From the NCBI RefSeq assembly GCF_044704955.1, contig NC_091987.1:219728001-219792000 (forward strand): a DNA stretch of 64,000 nucleotides, written 5' to 3'. A model generated the notes under the pieces. That model saw nothing but the letters and a program-made list of their open reading frames with translations, did not search any database and was not told where the DNA came from. The DNA is from Pristiophorus japonicus (lineage: Eukaryota). Both the position numbers and the translations under genes were made by a program. This document shows positions 25,965 to 38,694 of this stretch, one piece after another (positions within the stretch are counted from its first letter, which is position 1; every line of letters begins with the position of its first letter).

Positions 25965-26420
25965 AATCATACAGTCTCGAAGGAGTCCTCTCGTCCCATC
26001 GTGCTCTTTGAAAGAGCGATCCAGTTAGTCCCCATCCCCCACAGCCCTGCACACTTTATATTTTCAAGTATTTATCCAATTCCCTTTTATAAACGATCAC
26101 TGAATCTGCTCCCACCGCCCGCTCAGTCAGCACCTTCCAGATCATCATAACTCGTTAAAAAATATCTCATCTCCCCTCTGGTTTTTGTGCCAACTGTATT
26201 ACCGTGTCCTCTGGTTATCGACCCTTCAACATGCAAACAGCTTCTCATTTAATCGATCAGATTTCCCCTGAACCTTCTCTACTCGAGGGGAACATTCCCA
26301 GCTTCTCCAGTCTCCATGTATCTGAAGTCCCTGATACCATTCTAGTAAATCTCCTCTGCAAGGCCTTGACATCCTTCCTGGGGTCAGCCATTGGACACAC
26401 GACTCCAGCATTTTATAAAA
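25965..26420 (-). mobile_element. Decayed CR1 3' fragment
   Basis: Degenerate RT C-terminus and 3' UTR. Confidence 0.65.
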
Positions 26421-26514
26421 GGACTCTCATAACTTTGTACTTTTTGTCTGGAATTAGTGCCTTTGTACTGATTCCCGTACACCAGTATCTATCGCTCAGT
26501 TCTATACACCTTAT

Positions 26515-26820
26515 TCCACCTCAGCAATGTTTCAAAGTACTTCACAGCAGTGAACTATCTTAGAGTGCAGCAGCTGTTTTGTGGGCAGACATGGCACGAT
26601 GCACATAGGAACTTCCAGAACAGCAAACAATGGCCAGTTCATCTGTTCGTAGTGCTGCTGGCAGGATCAATGGCCAAGACATCGGGAGAATTCCTTGCTT
26701 TTCACTGAGTACCATCAGATTTATAATGGCCACCTGGGTCAGCTGAGCAGTCTTGATTAACCAGGAGCAGTACTTGAACCCAATCTCATCCAGAGACAAG
26801 ACTATTACCAATTGAGCCAA
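26515..26820 (-). mobile_element. Decayed SINE (SacSINE1/DeuSINE-like)
   Basis: Similar to the copies near 46900, 53700 and 60470. Confidence 0.5.
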
Positions 26821-27244
26821 ACATCCCAAATTACCTTGGTACAGTGCTATGGAAGATATAAAGTGACCAGAACAGTAATAGTGTGGTCAGCATTTAACAG
26901 AAAAGTTCAGCTTCTGTCACCTGTTGCTCAAACACGCCTCAGCACGGGGTCACATGTGTTGCAATATTTAATCGAGCCTGGTGCCCTCCACACATGTGCT
27001 CTTGATTTCAGCCTGGCTGCTCAGCGAGAGCAGACTTTGTACTCCCACCCACAGGGAGTGTAGGTGAGCAGGACCATCGCCCTTGCTCACTCTTGTTCTC
27101 CAAGTGTTGGCCACTGCCCTGATGATGCCCATCTCGGAAAATATATTGCCAAATCAAACTGTTGGGAAACGAGTATATTTCACAGGAGGCTTTGGCAGTT
27201 CCTGTGGAAGCAAAGCAAGAACAGATGAATGGTGTGGTGCTTGC

Positions 27245-27348
27245 CTGTTGTTGGGGGTGATCTTTTGCTGGAAAACTGGCTTCATTGGCTTGTAGTCACA
27301 TTTCGGGGTGAAATCTTGTCTGGTGATTGATAAATTGTCGATCTTCCC
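27245..27348 (-). CDS. SAXO-like gene exon 8 (GKIDNLSITRQDFTPK...); 3' boundary uncertain
   Basis: Acceptor gtaacag|, phase 0, Mn-like motif SITRQDF. Ends at CAG|gcaagc or reads through to TGA at 27156-27154. Confidence 0.75.
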
Positions 27349-27604
27349 CTGTTACACAGACACCGGACCGAGAGTTATAGCCCCAGTGGAGACACTGCCA
27401 CAGCAGCAAAATGTATTGGCCGACCAAAATCACTACGGTTTTGTCTCGAGGTTGCTACTGGAGATAACTTGGGGACAACAACATAGAGAACAGAGTACGA
27501 CACAACACAAAATCAGTAACCTCACAAGGCCAAGATACCTGTTGTGGGAAATGTAAGGATAGCATTAATGCAGTGAGGAATCGTTCCCTGACATGGGAAT
27601 CAAT

Positions 27605-27993
27605 GCTGTACCTGCCCTGGGAGTGTTTGATAGGACAGTATAGAGGGAGCTTTACTCTGTATCTAACCCCGTGCTGTACCTGCCCTGGGAGTGTTTAATG
27701 GGACAGTGTAGAGGGAGCTTTACTCTGTATCTAACCCCGTGCTGTACCTGCCCTGGGAGTGTTTGACGGGACAGTGTAGAGGGAGCTTTACTCTGTATCT
27801 AACCCCCTGTACCTGCCCTGGGAGTGTTTGATGGGACAGTGTAGAGGGAGCTTTACTCTGTATCTAACCCCCTGTACCTGCCCTGGGAGTGTTTGATGGG
27901 ACAGTGTAGAGGGAGCTTTACTCTGTATCTAACCCCGTGCTGTACCTGCCCTGGGAGTGTTTGATGGGACAATGTAGAGGGAGCGTTACTCTG
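27605..27993. repeat. 65-68-bp minisatellite, copy 2
   Basis: About 6 units of CTGTACCTGCCCTGGGAGTGTTTGATGGGACAGTGTAGAGGGAGCTTTACTCTGTATCTAACCCCGTG. Confidence 0.95.
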
Positions 27994-27998
27994 CTTAC

Positions 27999-28178
27999 CG
28001 GTGCCGGGTCGTAGGTTCCTTCGTAAGCGTCGCCATGGCGCACTCTGGCCTTCGGCCCCCAGTCCTTGAAGGAGTTTCTATAGGCTGTTTCGTCGTCAAA
28101 TTTGCCACCTCTTGAACTCTGCATCGTCCTGGGCCGGGCGAGCTGTGTGTGTTTAGTTAACGGTGTTTGATACGCAAG
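27999..28178 (-). CDS. SAXO-like gene exon 7 (LAYQTP...KFDDETAYRNSFKDW...YDPAP)
   Basis: Acceptor ctctcag| and donor CCG|gtaagc. 180 nt, phases 0/0, Mn-like motif. Confidence 0.88.
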
Positions 28179-29084
28179 CTGAGAGGAGATAAAGTGCAGA
28201 AAGATGATGCTGGCCACACCAGGAAAATGTTGCTGTTGCAAAGTGGGGAAGGAAAGCAGGCCCTCCGTTTCCACCAATGAACTTTCAAAGGGGAGCTGGA
28301 CAGATTGCTGGTTAAGTTTGAGGGTGGAGGTGACAATGAAGCGATGAAATAAGCCACAGGGCACTATAGCTCCTGTACAGCTGGTGCATGGAAAGGAAGG
28401 TCCCCTGTGGCGGGAGGGGGAATACAGATCAATGTTGGCAAGGTATGGATTGATTCTGGGCTTGTACTCAGATTCACTAGGATTAAATGGCTGCGATAGC
28501 GTCTATGACCAGGGAGATTGTCCACGGGCTATAGGAGGAGTGAGATTCATTGCTGATATTTTCAAAGTGCATCTAAAAAGGAGACCACTGGCTTACAATT
28601 TCCAGATTGGTGAATTCGGGGACTGACCTGAAATGGGTGCAGTCCATGTTCACTGTCTCTAAATAATCTCAGAGATAGAAGAAACCAGCAAGAAAAATAC
28701 CAGATTTCACCCTCCCTGCAGACGATGGGGGTAAACATCGCCACCTCTGAGGTGGGTGTGAATGCAGGTCCCGGAGATTAAATGTCCAACACACTGCGGT
28801 CCGGTAGGGCAGGAACCTGCCATCCTCACCCAGTCTGGTCTATACGTGACCCCAGTCTGCACCAATGTGCTGCTAACCATTCTCGCAACCATTCTGCCGT
28901 ATCAAGCCAACACTGATTCAAGGAGCAGGCCCATCACCACCACCTTGGGGCAACTAAGAATGGGTAATACATACCAGCCTTGCCTTTAGGTGGTCAGTGA
29001 ACTGCATGCTGTGAAAAATACAACGCAATAGGCAGCCGTTCGGGAGAGCCAGGCAGCGGCGGCAGCGAGCGGGCAGAGGATAAC

Positions 29085-31490
29085 GAGCGGGCAGAGGATA
29101 ACGAGCGGAAGGAGCAGAGAGAGCACAGTGCGGGAGGAGCAGAGAGAGCACAGTGCGGGAGGAGCAGAGAGCACAGTGCGGGAGGAGCAGAGAGCACAGT
29201 GCGGGAGGAGCAGAGAGAGCACAGTGCGGGAGGAGCAGAGAGAGCACAGTGCGGGGCAGTGAGCGGGAGGACCAGAGAGAGCACAGTGCGGGGCAGTGAG
29301 CGGGAGGACCAGAGAGAGTACAGTGCGGGAGGAGCAGAGAGAGTACAGTGCGGGAGGAGCAGAGAGAGCACAGTGAGCGGGAGGAGCAGAGAGAGCACAG
29401 TGAGCGGGAGGAGCAGAGAGAGCACAGTGAGCGGGAGGAGCAGAGAGAGCACAGTGAGCGGGAGGAGCAGAGAGAGCACAGTGAGCGGGAGGAGCAGAGA
29501 GCACAGTGCGGGAGGAGCACAGTGCGGGAGGAACAGAGAGCACAGTGCGGGAGGAGCAGAGAGAGCACAGTGCGGGGCAGTGAGCGGGAGGACCAGAGAG
29601 AGCACAGTGCGGGGCAGTGAGCGGGAGGACCAGAGAGAGTACAGTGCGGGAGGAGCAGAGAGAGCACAGTGAGCGGGAGGAGCAGAGAGAGCACAGTGAG
29701 CGGGAGGAGCAGAGAGAGCACAGTGAGCGGGAGGAGCAGAGAGAGCACAGTGAGCGGGAGGAGCAGAGAGAGCACAGTGAGCGGGAGGAGCAGAGAGAGC
29801 ACAGTGAGCGGGAGGAGCAGAGAGAGCACAGTGAGCGGGAGGAGCAGAGAGAGCACAGTGAGCGGGAGGAGCAGAAAGAGCACAGTGAGCGGGAGGAGCA
29901 GAGAGAGCACAGTGAGCGGGAGGAGCAGAGAGAGCACAGTGAGCGGGAGGAGCAGAGAGAGCACAGTGAGCGGGAGGAGCAGAGAGAGCACAGTGAGCGG
30001 GAGGAGCAGAGAGAGCACAGTGAGCGGGAGGAGCAGAGAGAGCACAGTGAGCGGGAGGAGCAGAGAGAGCACAGTGAGCGGGAGGAGCAGAGAGAGCACA
30101 GTGAGCGGGAGGAGCAGAGAGAGCACAGTGAGCGGGAGGACCAGAGAGAGCACAGTGAGCGGGAGGAGCAGAGAGAGCACAGTGAGCGGGAGGAGCAGAG
30201 AGAGCACAGTGAGCGGGAGGAGCAGAGAGAGCACAGTGCGGGAGGAGCAGAGAGCACAGTGCGGGGCAGTGAGCGGGAGGACCAGAGAGCACAGTGCGGG
30301 AGGAGCAGACAGCACAGTGCGGGAGGAGCAGAGAGAGCACAGTGCGGGACGAGCAGAGAGCACAGTGCGGGGCAGTGAGCGGGAGGACCAGAGAGAGCAC
30401 AGTGCGGGAGGACCAGAGAGAGCACAGTGCGGGAGGAGCAGAGAGAGCACAGTGAGCGGGAGGAGCAGAGAGAGCGCAGTGCGGGGCAGTGAGCGGTAGA
30501 CCAGAGAGAGCACAGTGCGGGAGGACCAGAGAGAGCACAGTGCGGGGCAGTGAGCGGGAGACCAGAGAGAGCGCAGTGCGGGAGGAGCAGAGAGCACAGT
30601 GCGGGGCAGCGAGCGGGAGGACCAGAGAGAGCACAGTGCGGGAGGAGCAGAGAGCACAGTGCGGGGCAGCGAGCGGGAGGACCAGAGAGAGCACAGTGCG
30701 GGAGGACCAGAGAGAGCACAGTGCGGGAGGACCAGAGAGAGCACAGTGCGGGAGGAGCAGAGAGCACAGTGCGGGGCAGCGAGCGGGATGACCAGAGAGA
30801 GCACAGTGCGGGAGGAGCAGAGAGAGCACAGTGCGGGAGGACCAGAGAGAGCACAGTGCGGGGCAGTGAGCGGGAGACCAGAGCGCACAGTGCGGGGCAG
30901 TGAGCGGGAGACCAGAGAGCACAGTGCGGGGCAGTGAGCGGGAGGAGCAGAGAGCACAGTGCGGGGCAGAGAGCGGGAGGAGCAGAGAGCACAGTGCGGG
31001 AGGAGCAGAGAGCGCAGTGAGCGGGAGGAGCAGAGAGCGCAGTGCGGGAGGAGCAGAGAGCGCAGTGAGCGGGAGGAGCAGAGAGAGCACAGTGCGGGAG
31101 GAGCAGAGAGAGCACAGTGCGGGAGGAGCAGAGAGAGCACAGTGCGGGAGGAGCAGAGAGAGCACAGTGCGGGAGGAGCAGAGAGAGCACAGTGCGGGAG
31201 GAGCAGAGAGAGCACAGTGCGGGAGGAGCAGAGAGAGCACAGTGCGGGAGGAGCAGAGAGAGCACAGTGCGGGAGGAGCAGAGAGAGCACAGTGCGGGAG
31301 GAGCAGAGAGAGCACAGTGCGGGAGGAGCAGAGAGAGCACAGTGCGGGAGGAGCAGAGAGAGCACAGTGCGGGAGGAGCAGAGAGAGCACAGTGCGGGAG
31401 GAGCAGAGAGAGCACAGTGCGGGAGGAGCAGAGAGAGCACAGTGCGGGAGGAGCAGAGAGCACAGTGCGGGGCAGCGAGCGGGAGGAGCA
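29085..31490. repeat. ~2.4-kb purine-rich minisatellite with 23/25/27-bp units (GCACAGTG[AG]CGGGAGGAGCAGAGAGA)
   Basis: Homogeneous 27-mer block (~29660-30235) and 25-mer block (~31085-31450). Confidence 0.97.
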
Positions 31491-31544
31491 CCTCCAGTGA
31501 AAACAAAAAAAAAAGTGTCAGGAGTTAGGTTCTAAATTAAAAAA

Positions 31545-32152
31545 CTGAAAAGTCGGGAAGTTATGCTAAACCTGTATGGAACCTGGATTAGACCACACGT
31601 GGAGCACTGCGTACAGTTCTGGTCGCCATATTATAAAAAGGATGTAGAGACACTGGAGAGGGTGCAGAGAAGATTTACAAGGATGATACCAGAAATGCGA
31701 GCGTATACGTATCTGGAAAGGTTGAACAGGCTGGGTCTCTTTTCTCTTGAAAAAAGGCTGAGGGGTGACCTATTAGAGGTATTTAAAATTATAAAAGGTT
31801 TTAATAGGGTGGATACAAAGAGAATGTTTCCACTTGTCGGGAAGAGCATAACTAGAGGCCATCGATATAAGATAGTCACCAAGAAATCCAAGAGGGAATT
31901 CAGAAGAAACTTCTTTACCCAGAGAGGAGTGAGAATGTGGAACTCGCTGCCACAGGGAGGGGTTGAGGCAAATAGTATCGATGCATTTAAGGGGAGGCTG
32001 GACAAGAATATGAGGGAGAGGGAATAGAGGGTTATGCTGATAGATTTAGATGAGGAAAAATGGGAGGAGGCTCGAGTGGAGCATAAACGCCGGCATGGAC
32101 TGGTTGGGCCGAATGGTCTGTTTGTGTGTCATATCATGTGTGATCCTCTGTA
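31545..32152 (+). mobile_element. CR1 3' fragment
   Basis: Peptides RPHVEHCVQFWSP and RRNFFTQR, followed by a 3' UTR. Confidence 0.9.
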
Positions 32153-34217
32153 AAACAACAACTAAAGCAACAACTGCAAAATGGCTATAGTGACATCACA
32201 ACCAGAGAAGGAGCTGATTGGTGAGGAGCTGATAAGTATTTCTAGTTAATAGTCTATGATGTAAAGACATGGCAGGGCAGCTCAGTCCTGTGAAATGCAC
32301 ATCCCGTGTCCTGGACAACCACATGTGCAGGAAGTGTTGTCGGCTGGAGGAGCTCGAGCTCCGGGTTCGGAGTTTGAGCAGTAGCTGGCATCACTGCGGT
32401 GCATCCATCAGGCTGAGAAGTTCATTGATGGCACGCTTCAGGAGGTGGTCACCCCGCAGTTTAAGAATGTGAGGAAATGGGTGACTGCCAGACAGAAGAG
32501 GACGACCACGCAGGTAGTGTAGGAGTCCCCTGAGTGCATCTTGCTCTCCAATCAGTATTCTGTTCTGACTACTGGTGAGGGCGCTAGTGCCTCTGGGGAG
32601 TACAGCCAGAGCCAAATCCACGGCACCACGGGTGGCTCAGCTGTACAAAGGGGGAGGAAGAGGAGTGAAAGAGCAATAGTAGTAGGAGATTCAATAGTTA
32701 GGGGAGCAGACAGGCGTTTCTGCGGCCGAAGACGTGATTCCAGGATGGGATGTTGCCTCTGGTGCCAGGGTTAAGGATGACGCTGAGCGGCTGCAGAACA
32801 TTCTGAGGGGGGAGGGTGAACAGCCAGAGATAATGATCCATATCGATACCAACGACCTAGGTAGTAAGAGGGATGAGGTCCTGCAGACAGTGTTTAGGGA
32901 GCTAGGAAAAATATTAAAAAGCTGGACCTCAAAAGGTAGTAATCTCCGGATTACTCCCGGTGCCATGCACAAGTGAGTACAGAAATAGGAGGATAGAGCA
33001 GATGAGTGCGTGGCTGGAGGGATGGTGCAGGAAGGCTTTAGATTCCTGGGGCATTGGGACCGATTCTGGGGGAGGTGGGACCTGTACAGGCCGGACAGGT
33101 TGCACCTCAGCAGGACCGGAATCAATATCCTTGCGGGAGGGTTTGCTCGTGCTGTTGGGGAGGGTTTAAACTAATTTGGCAGGGGTATGGGCACCAGGAT
33201 GTAACATTAGAAAGGGTAAATAAAGTGCTCAAAGGATTGGGAGAGGCATAGAGCAAGGTATTAGGTGGGGTCAAACTAAGAGAGAATACAGGATGGTTTA
33301 CAGTGTGCGTGTGTGAATGCATGAAGCATAGTAAACAAGGTACAAATAGCCACATGGGAATATGATGTTGTGGCAATAACTGAGACCTGGCTCAAAAAAG
33401 GGTAGGATTGGGTATTAAATATTCCTGGTTGTAAGGTGTTCATGAAAGATAAGGGAGGAAAGTTAGGAGGTGGTGTGGCAGTATTTGTTAAGGAAAATAT
33501 TACAGTGCTGGAGAGGGAGGATGTCCTGGAAGGGAGTTCAGAAATAATAGAAGGGCCATCACACCGCTGGGCCATCACACTACTAAGTGTATTCTATAGA
33601 TCACCAAATAGTGGGAAAGATATGGAGGAGCAAATTTCAGAGAAATTACAGAGAGGTGCAAGAATCATCGAGTAGGGATAATGGGGGACTTCAACTATCC
33701 GAATATAGACTGGGATAGTAATAGGGTAAAGGGCAGAGAGGGGGACGGATTTCTGAAGTGTGTTCAGGAGAACTTTCTTGATCAGTATGTTTCCAGGGGG
33801 GAGGCATTGCTGGATCTGGTTCTGGGGAATGAGGTGGGTCAGTCGGGGAACATTTAGGGAACAGTGATCATAGTATCATAAGGTTTAGATTAGCTATGGA
33901 AAAGGTTAGAGAGCAATCTAGAGTAAAAATGTTAAATGGAGGAAGGCCAATTTCGGTGGGATGAGAACAGGTCTGGCCCGAGTAAACTGGAATCAAAGAT
34001 TGGCAGGTAAAACTGTAATGGAACAATGGGCTGCCTTTAAATAGTTCAGGTACAGTCAAGGTACATTCCCACTAGGGGGAGGCGGGGGGGGGGGGAAGGC
34101 AGGGCAGCTAAAGTCAGGGTTCCCTGGATGACGAAACAGATAGAGAGAGTATGAAGAATGAGAAAAAGAGTGCGTATGACAGACGTCAGGTTGCTAATAC
34201 ATCTGTTAATAAGGCTA

Positions 34218-34440
34218 CAGGTGCGCCGTCCAAAATTCCCAGTTCCGGAATTCAGAATCCGGACCGATCAGTGGCAAGGTCGTCCAGAAACCAGAAAATG
34301 TTCCGAAATCCGACTCCCCCGGCCCGACCTCTCCCCCCCCCCCCCAGTGGCCCTGGCCTGACCTCCCCCCCACACGGGCAAATACATTCCGGAATGATCC
34401 GGAATGGCCTCGGTCCCGAGGTTTCCGGACCTCGCACCTG
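34218..34440. mobile_element. Tc1/mariner-pogo-type MITE nested in CR1
   Basis: TA TSDs at 34216-34217 and 34441-34442; TIRs CAGGTGCG..GTCC. Confidence 0.82.
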
Positions 34441-35124
34441 TATACATAGAAAGGTCAGACGAGGTGAAAAAGAAAATCAGAGGGGCAAAGAGAGGGTATG
34501 AGAATAGAATGGCAGCCAACATAATCCAAAAGTCTTCTCCAGGCATATAAATAGTAAAAGGGTAGTACGGGAGGGGTGGGGCCGATTAGGGACCAAGAAG
34601 GAGACCTACACACGGAGGCAGAGGTTACAGCTGAGGTACTAAATGAGAACTTTGCATCTGTCTTCACCAAGGAAGAGGTCATTGCCACAGACATAGTGAG
34701 GGAGGAGATAGTGGAGACATTGGATAGGATAAAAATTGATAAAGAGGAGGTATTATAAAAGGCTGGCTGAACTTAAAATCGCTAACTCACCAGGACCGAA
34801 TGGGATGCATCCTAGGATGCTGAGGGAATTGAGGGCGGAAATCACAGAGGTACTGGCCTTAATATTCCAATTCTCCATAGATACAGGGATGGTGCCAGAT
34901 AACTGGAAAATTACAAATATTACACCACTGTTCAAAAAAAGTGTGTAAAGATAAATCCAGCAACTACAGGCCGTGGGGAAGCATTGAGAAACAGTAATCA
35001 GGGACAAAATTAACAGTCACTTGGATAGGGGTGGATTAATTAAGGAAAGCAGCATAGATTTGTTGAAGGCAAATAGTGTTTAACCAACGAGATAAAGTTT
35101 TTTGATGAGGTAACAGAGAAGGTC

Positions 35125-35549
35125 GTACTCGTTAGAGTTCAGAAGGATGAGGGGTGATCTTATAGAAACATTTAAAATAATGAAAGGGATAGACAAGATA
35201 GAGGCAGAGAGGTTGTTTCCACTGGTCGGGGAGACTAGAACTAGGGGGCACAGCCTCAAAATACGGGGGAGCCAATTTAAAACCGAGTTAAGAAGGAATT
35301 TCTTCTCCCAGAGGGTTGTGAATCTGTGGAATTCTCTGCCCAAGGAAACAGTTGAGGCTAGCTCATTGAATGTATTCAAGTCACAGATAGATTTTTAACC
35401 AATAAGGGAATTAAGGGTTACGGGGAGCGGGCGGGTAAGTGGAGCTGAGTCCACGGCCAGATCAGCCATGATCTTATTGAATGGCGGAGCAGGCTCGAGG
35501 GGCTAGATGGCCTACTCCTGTTCCTAATTCTTATGTTCTTATGTTCTTA
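35125..35549 (+). mobile_element. Young CR1 3' fragment nested in an older CR1
   Basis: Near-identical to the 3' ends at 37132 and 38695; TTCTTATG tail. Confidence 0.92.
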
Positions 35550-36640
35550 GGGGTAATACAGTTGTCATAGTGTACATGGATTTACAAAAGACTTTTGATG
35601 AAAGAAAGACTTGGATTTATAAAGTGCCACATAATAGGCTTGCAGCAAAGTTGAAGCCCATGGAATAAAAGGGACAGTGGCAGCATGGATACAGGATTGG
35701 CTCAGTGACAGGAAACAGAGAGTAGTGGGGAACGGTTGTTTTTCGGACTGGAGGAAGGTAGACAGTGGTGTTCCCCAGGGGTTGGTACTGGGACCACTGC
35801 TTTTATTGATAGAGGCATAGAGTACAAAAGGGTGGCGATGATGATGAACCTGTATAAACTATTGGTTCAGCCCCAACTGGAGTATTGTGTCCAATTCTGG
35901 GCACCACACTTTAGGAAGGATGTGAAGGCCTTGGAGAAGTTGCAGAAAAGATTTCCGAGAATGATTCCAGGGATGAGGGACTTCAATTACATGGATAGAC
36001 TGGAGAAGCTGGGATTGTTCACCTTAGAGCAGAGAAGATTGAGAGGAGATTTGATAGAGCTGTTCAAAATCATGAAGGGTCTGGACAAGGTAGATAGAGA
36101 GAAACTGTTCCCATTGGTGGAAGGGTGGAGAACCAGAGGACACAGATTTAAGGTGATTGGCCAAAGAACCAAAGACGAAGGAAGAAAAGTATTTTTTTTA
36201 CACAACGAGTGGTTAGGATCTGGAATGCGCTGCCCGAGAGGGTGGTGGAGGCAGACTCAATCACTGCTTTCAAAAGGGAATTGGATAAGTACCTGAAGGA
36301 AAAACATTTGCAGAGCTCGGGGGAAAGGGCGGGGGAGTGGGACTGGCCAAGAGTTGGCATGGGCCGAATGGCCTTCCGTGCTGTAAGTATTCTATGATTC
36401 TATGTTCAGCCCATTGAGAATGTGCTGGTGATGGCTCTTTACTGGAGTCGTTCCTTTCCTCATGTCTTTATAGACCCTTCCCATCCTTGTGCTGCATTAG
36501 CAGGTCTCAGTCAGCTGGCGCAGGCTGGGGAGAATAAGTCAGTGTGGGATTCCCACCCTCATCACCGCCCAGTGGCCCCTGCTGGTAAGAGGGATCTTCA
36601 CATCGCCCGCCCTGTGCGCTGGCAGACCGAGAGCAGTTAC

Positions 36641-36776
36641 CTTGCTCATTGTGTCGGAATCAATGGTGCCTTCTGTTTCTGACAGATTGTCCCTGTATTT
36701 GATCAGATCGGGGCGGGGGTACACAGTGGGGTCCCAGCCGATGTATGATTCTTTCTGAGTCGTGTTGAAGTCCGTA
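36641..36776 (-). CDS. SAXO-like gene exon 6 (TDFNTTQKESYIGWDP...DSDTMSK)
   Basis: Acceptor ctccacag| and donor AAG|gtaact. Phases 2/0 match both neighbours. Confidence 0.88.
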
Positions 36777-37131
36777 CTGTGGAGTTAAGGACATCAGATC
36801 TATAGTCTTTCTACAACAACAATTTGAATTTACATCATGCCTTTAGCCCAGGGTGCTTCACAAAGCAGAGCCACCAAAGCTGCCCACACACCCCAACAGT
36901 GAAACCCAGGCCCTGCCTCGGAACAGCCACTAACTCCTCAAAATAAAAAGCTACTGCCAATTTCAGGAAAACTCGCGGAAATTGGTCTTCGACTCCCTCA
37001 GGCAAATTGAGCAACTCCAGAAGTCAGGGTCACCCATGGTGTATCGGTCGCTAAGTAACTCACTTCTTCCCTCCCATAGGTTCCAATGTTGTCAGGACTG
37101 GAACATACCACCTCTACCCCAAGCTCACTCA

Positions 37132-38368
37132 CATAAGAACATAAGAATTAGGAACAGGAGTAGGCCATCCAGCCCCTCGAGCCTGCTCCGCCATTCAACA
37201 AGATCATGGCTGATCTGGCCGTGGACTCAGCTCCACTTACCTGCCCGTTCCCCGTAACCCTTAATTCCCTTATTGGTTAAAAATCTATCTTTGTGATTTG
37301 AATACATTCAATGAGCTAGCCTCAACTGCTTCCTTGGGCAGAGAATTCCACAGATTCACAACCCTCTGGGAGAAGAAATTCCTTCTCAACTCGGTTTTAA
37401 ATTGGCTCCCCTGTATTGTGCCCCCTAGTTCTAGTCTCCCCGACCAGTGGAAACAACCTCTCTGCCTCTATCTTGTCTATCCCTTTCATTATTTTAAATG
37501 TTTCTATAAGATCACCCCTCATCCTTCTGAACTCCAATGAGTAAAGATCCAGTCTACTCAATCTATCATCATAAGGTAACCCCCTCATCTCCGGAATCAG
37601 CCTAGTGAATCGTCTCTGTACCCCCTCCAAAGCTAGTATATCCTTCCTTAAGTAAGGTGACAAAAACTGCACACAGTACTCCAGGTGCAGCCTTACCAAT
37701 ACCCTGTACAGTTGCAGCAGGACCTCCCTGCTTTTGTACTCCATCCCTCTTGCAATGAAGGCCAACATTCCATTCGCCTTCCTGATTACCTGCTGCACCT
37801 GCAAACTAACTTTTTTTTGGGATTCATGCACAAGGGCCCCCAGGTCCCTCTGCACCTCAGCATGTTGTAATTTCTCCCCATTCAAATAATATTCCCTTTT
37901 ATTTTTTTTCCCTCCCAAGGTGGATGACCTCACACTTTCCGACATTGTATTCCATTTGCCAAACCTTAGCCCATTCGCTTAACCTATCTAAATCTCTTTG
38001 CAGCCTCTCTTTGTCCTCTACACAACCCGCTGTCCCACTAATCTTTGTGTCATCTGCAAATTTTGTTACACTACACTCTGTCCCCTCTTCCAGGTCATCT
38101 ATGTATATTGTAAACAGTTGTGGTCCCAGCACCGATCCCTGTGGCATCCACTAACCACCGATATCCAACCCGAAAAGGACCCATTTATCCCGACTCTCTG
38201 CTTTCTGTTAGCCAGCCAATTCTCTATCCATGCTAATACATTTCCTCTGACTCCGCGTACCTTTATCTTCTGCAGTAACCTTTTGTGTGGCACCTTATCG
38301 AATGCCTTTTGAAAATCTAAATACACCACATCCATCAGTACACCTCTATCCACCATGCTCGTTATATC
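37132..38368 (-). mobile_element. 5'-truncated young CR1
   Basis: RT motifs and tail; same family as 38695-42290. Confidence 0.93.
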
Positions 38369-38694
38369 CCCACCTCCCACCTCCCACCTCTTCCCAAAGC
38401 TCACATACCATTCAGGTTCAGTAGTCTATAAACAGGCTCAATGCCCTGATCTATGGTAGAGAGGCAAGAATTAGCTAGGGTCCCTGCTCCTGATCACTAT
38501 TCCTTGACTCCTCATGGAAACTACATGCGCGAAGACAGGTTAGGGGCTTCGCTGTGATTCCCCCAGCCCATCATCTAGGTCTGCATTGATTATTTGTGAG
38601 AAAAAGCTACTGGTGAAATATGGAAGGCTGGCCAACATTTATTGACGCTGTACCCTAGGTAGAGTCAGCACCTTCAGGAACTGTACCCCAGGTA

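Larger units (their letters stand above)
32160..36403 (+). mobile_element. Near full-length decayed CR1 (ORF1 Cys-rich region + SGNH esterase, ORF2 EN/RT) with two nested inserts
   Basis: Peptides MCRKCCRLEELELRV, IVVGDSIVRG, GGGVAVFVKE and QLEYCVQFWAP; tail TTCTATGATTCTATG. Confidence 0.92.

Noticed and set aside
28954-31535. 800-850-aa Leu/Cys-rich and EREEQREH ORFs
   Set aside because: Minisatellite translation; no splice or homology support.
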